A stretch of DNA of 36,357 bases from Psammoneis japonica (lineage: Eukaryota): positions 496,001 to 532,357 of the forward strand of contig QPGO01000050.1 in the NCBI GenBank assembly GCA_008632985.1, in the 5' to 3' direction. The position numbers and the translations under genes are program-made. Shown one piece after another: positions 34,891 through 36,357 of this stretch; within the stretch, counting starts at the first letter, position 1, and each line of letters starts with the position of its first letter. The notes under the pieces were generated by a model, which saw nothing but the letters and a program-made list of their open reading frames with translations, did no database searches and had not been told where the DNA came from.

Positions 34891-36357
34891 ATGGCGAATC
34901 GAGCTACTCGAAGGAAAAAGACGAACGGACCTGCCGACTTGGTCCCAGAAGACAGTCTCAAGAAGAAGAACATCAACGACGACGACTCTGAACCTCCTCC
35001 AGTCGAACGACACGACAGTGGCACCGAAGAGGAATCTCACGACGAGGGTCACTCTCCATCTCTAGCATCAAAGAAGCCAACAGAAGTTACAAGAGCGCAG
35101 AAGCCCCGACGATCAACGTCTTTCTGCTTATGTTTCTTCGCTCCCTCTTGTTAGAGACCCCGCTAGCACTCTGCTTTGCGATTTATGTCTCGTTGCTCGT
35201 GCTGAACTACCTTCACGATGAGTACCTCTATCCTCAGATGGAGCTTATGAAGTGGTCAGATGAGCGAGCAATCGAAGAAAACACTTATTATTACAGGGTA
35301 TGCGACGCTGAAGACTTGACAGCGACGACGGTGGAGGAATTGGTGATTGGGCCCAACGCAACCACCGAAGAGGCAGTCAAACACCATCTGACGCATGGCG
35401 TTTCTGTCTTTCCTGATTTATTGCCCGACGACCTTTTAGACGAACTCAGGGTCGTTCTGATGGAGCAGAATCAGCACGAAGAAGGATGGTATGTTATTGA
35501 ACCAGAACACCGCTGGTCCTATGGTATCACGGCGAATATGCATCCTGTGATTGCAGAGGCGCTCAAACGGATTGCTGTTCATCCGACTATGCGGCCTTTT
35601 CTGGAAGGAGTCGCAGGCAAAAACCCGTCTGTGATTGAATTCACCGCCATTACCTCCGAATACGGTGCAGCGGAGCAATTCTACCACGCGGATGTGCTAC
35701 CTCATGCGTCCGCTACCAAGAATGTCCGTTCCATGATTCCGTCGTATTCTCTCTTTATTCCCCTCCAAGACACAACCGCAGCCATGGGGCTACTCATGTG
35801 TGCCCTGGATCTCAAGTATGCTCTGAACAGCCCGACTACTGCATGGAGCATGGCTTTCAAGTCAGTGGCGAACAAGATTTGTGGAAAAAGGGAACTGCCT
35901 TTGTGTTTAACCAAGCATTTTTTCATTGCGGTATGGGACACTCGGATCCAAACGGAATAGAGCGCGTGGCCTTTATCATTACGTTTGCCCCGCGTCCGAG
36001 GTATCGACAGGGAGAATTGGAATCTCGTTTCCTCAGTATGGGTGGATCCTATTCCTTGCGATGGGATCACTGGGGCACACCCTGGAGGACCTGGCCGAGG
36101 CGGATACAGCCATGGTGAACCCCTGGCTCACACTGAAAGCCTTGGGCCTTTACAAACCAGCAAACCGTGACTGGGGATGGGACATGATCTCGGTCGCGTC
36201 CTTTCGTATCTCCAACTACGACAATGGATACCAGGTGGACCACCTGGAGGATTTTTTGAACAAGGGCGGATTCAAGTACTTGCCTCGTTTTTTGCAAGGT
36301 ACCATCAATAACGAAAAGGAAGACGAGGATCTATGGTATGAATTTCTAATGGAGACC
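34891..36357 (+). CDS. Paralog of the PhyH-like dioxygenase at 5013; 3'-partial, with three single-base frameshifts as sequenced
   Basis: Colinear with gene 1: ETPL, ENTYYYRVC, QFYHAD, YSLFIPLQDTTAAMG, ERVAFIITFAPRP, LRWDHWG, NRDWGWD. The frame is restored by adding one base to each of the runs at 35121-35123 (TTT), 35786-35789 (GGGG) and 36072-36075 (GGGG). Confidence 0.8.

Overview
Eukaryotic genomic DNA, most likely a diatom (short GT-AG introns, an ASAF-type plastid presequence, diatom-style gene families). Intact genes are a PhyH-type 2OG-Fe(II) dioxygenase with TM, HPGN and tandem Tudor-like modules (5013-7691) and its paralog (34891-end), a myristoylated EF-hand protein, a BIRC6/UBE2Z-type E2, a PAO-family Rieske oxygenase and a small Zn-ribbon protein. 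Between them lie three sharply bounded domains (~1-4670, ~9640-11070, ~13190-29020, over half the window) almost devoid of TpA, variably depleted of CpG and rich in TG/CA. These hold a decayed Mutator-like DDE transposon, an ankyrin pseudogene and unidentified relics; an aminotransferase pseudogene sits on the fringe of the largest one. The main finding is an apparent region-targeted, double-stranded A:T->G:C hypermutation in TAY context (Tyr->Cys/His, Thr->Ala, Val->Ala in conserved motifs), the mirror image of fungal RIP. All counts are by eye and all family calls come from motif recognition, not searches.
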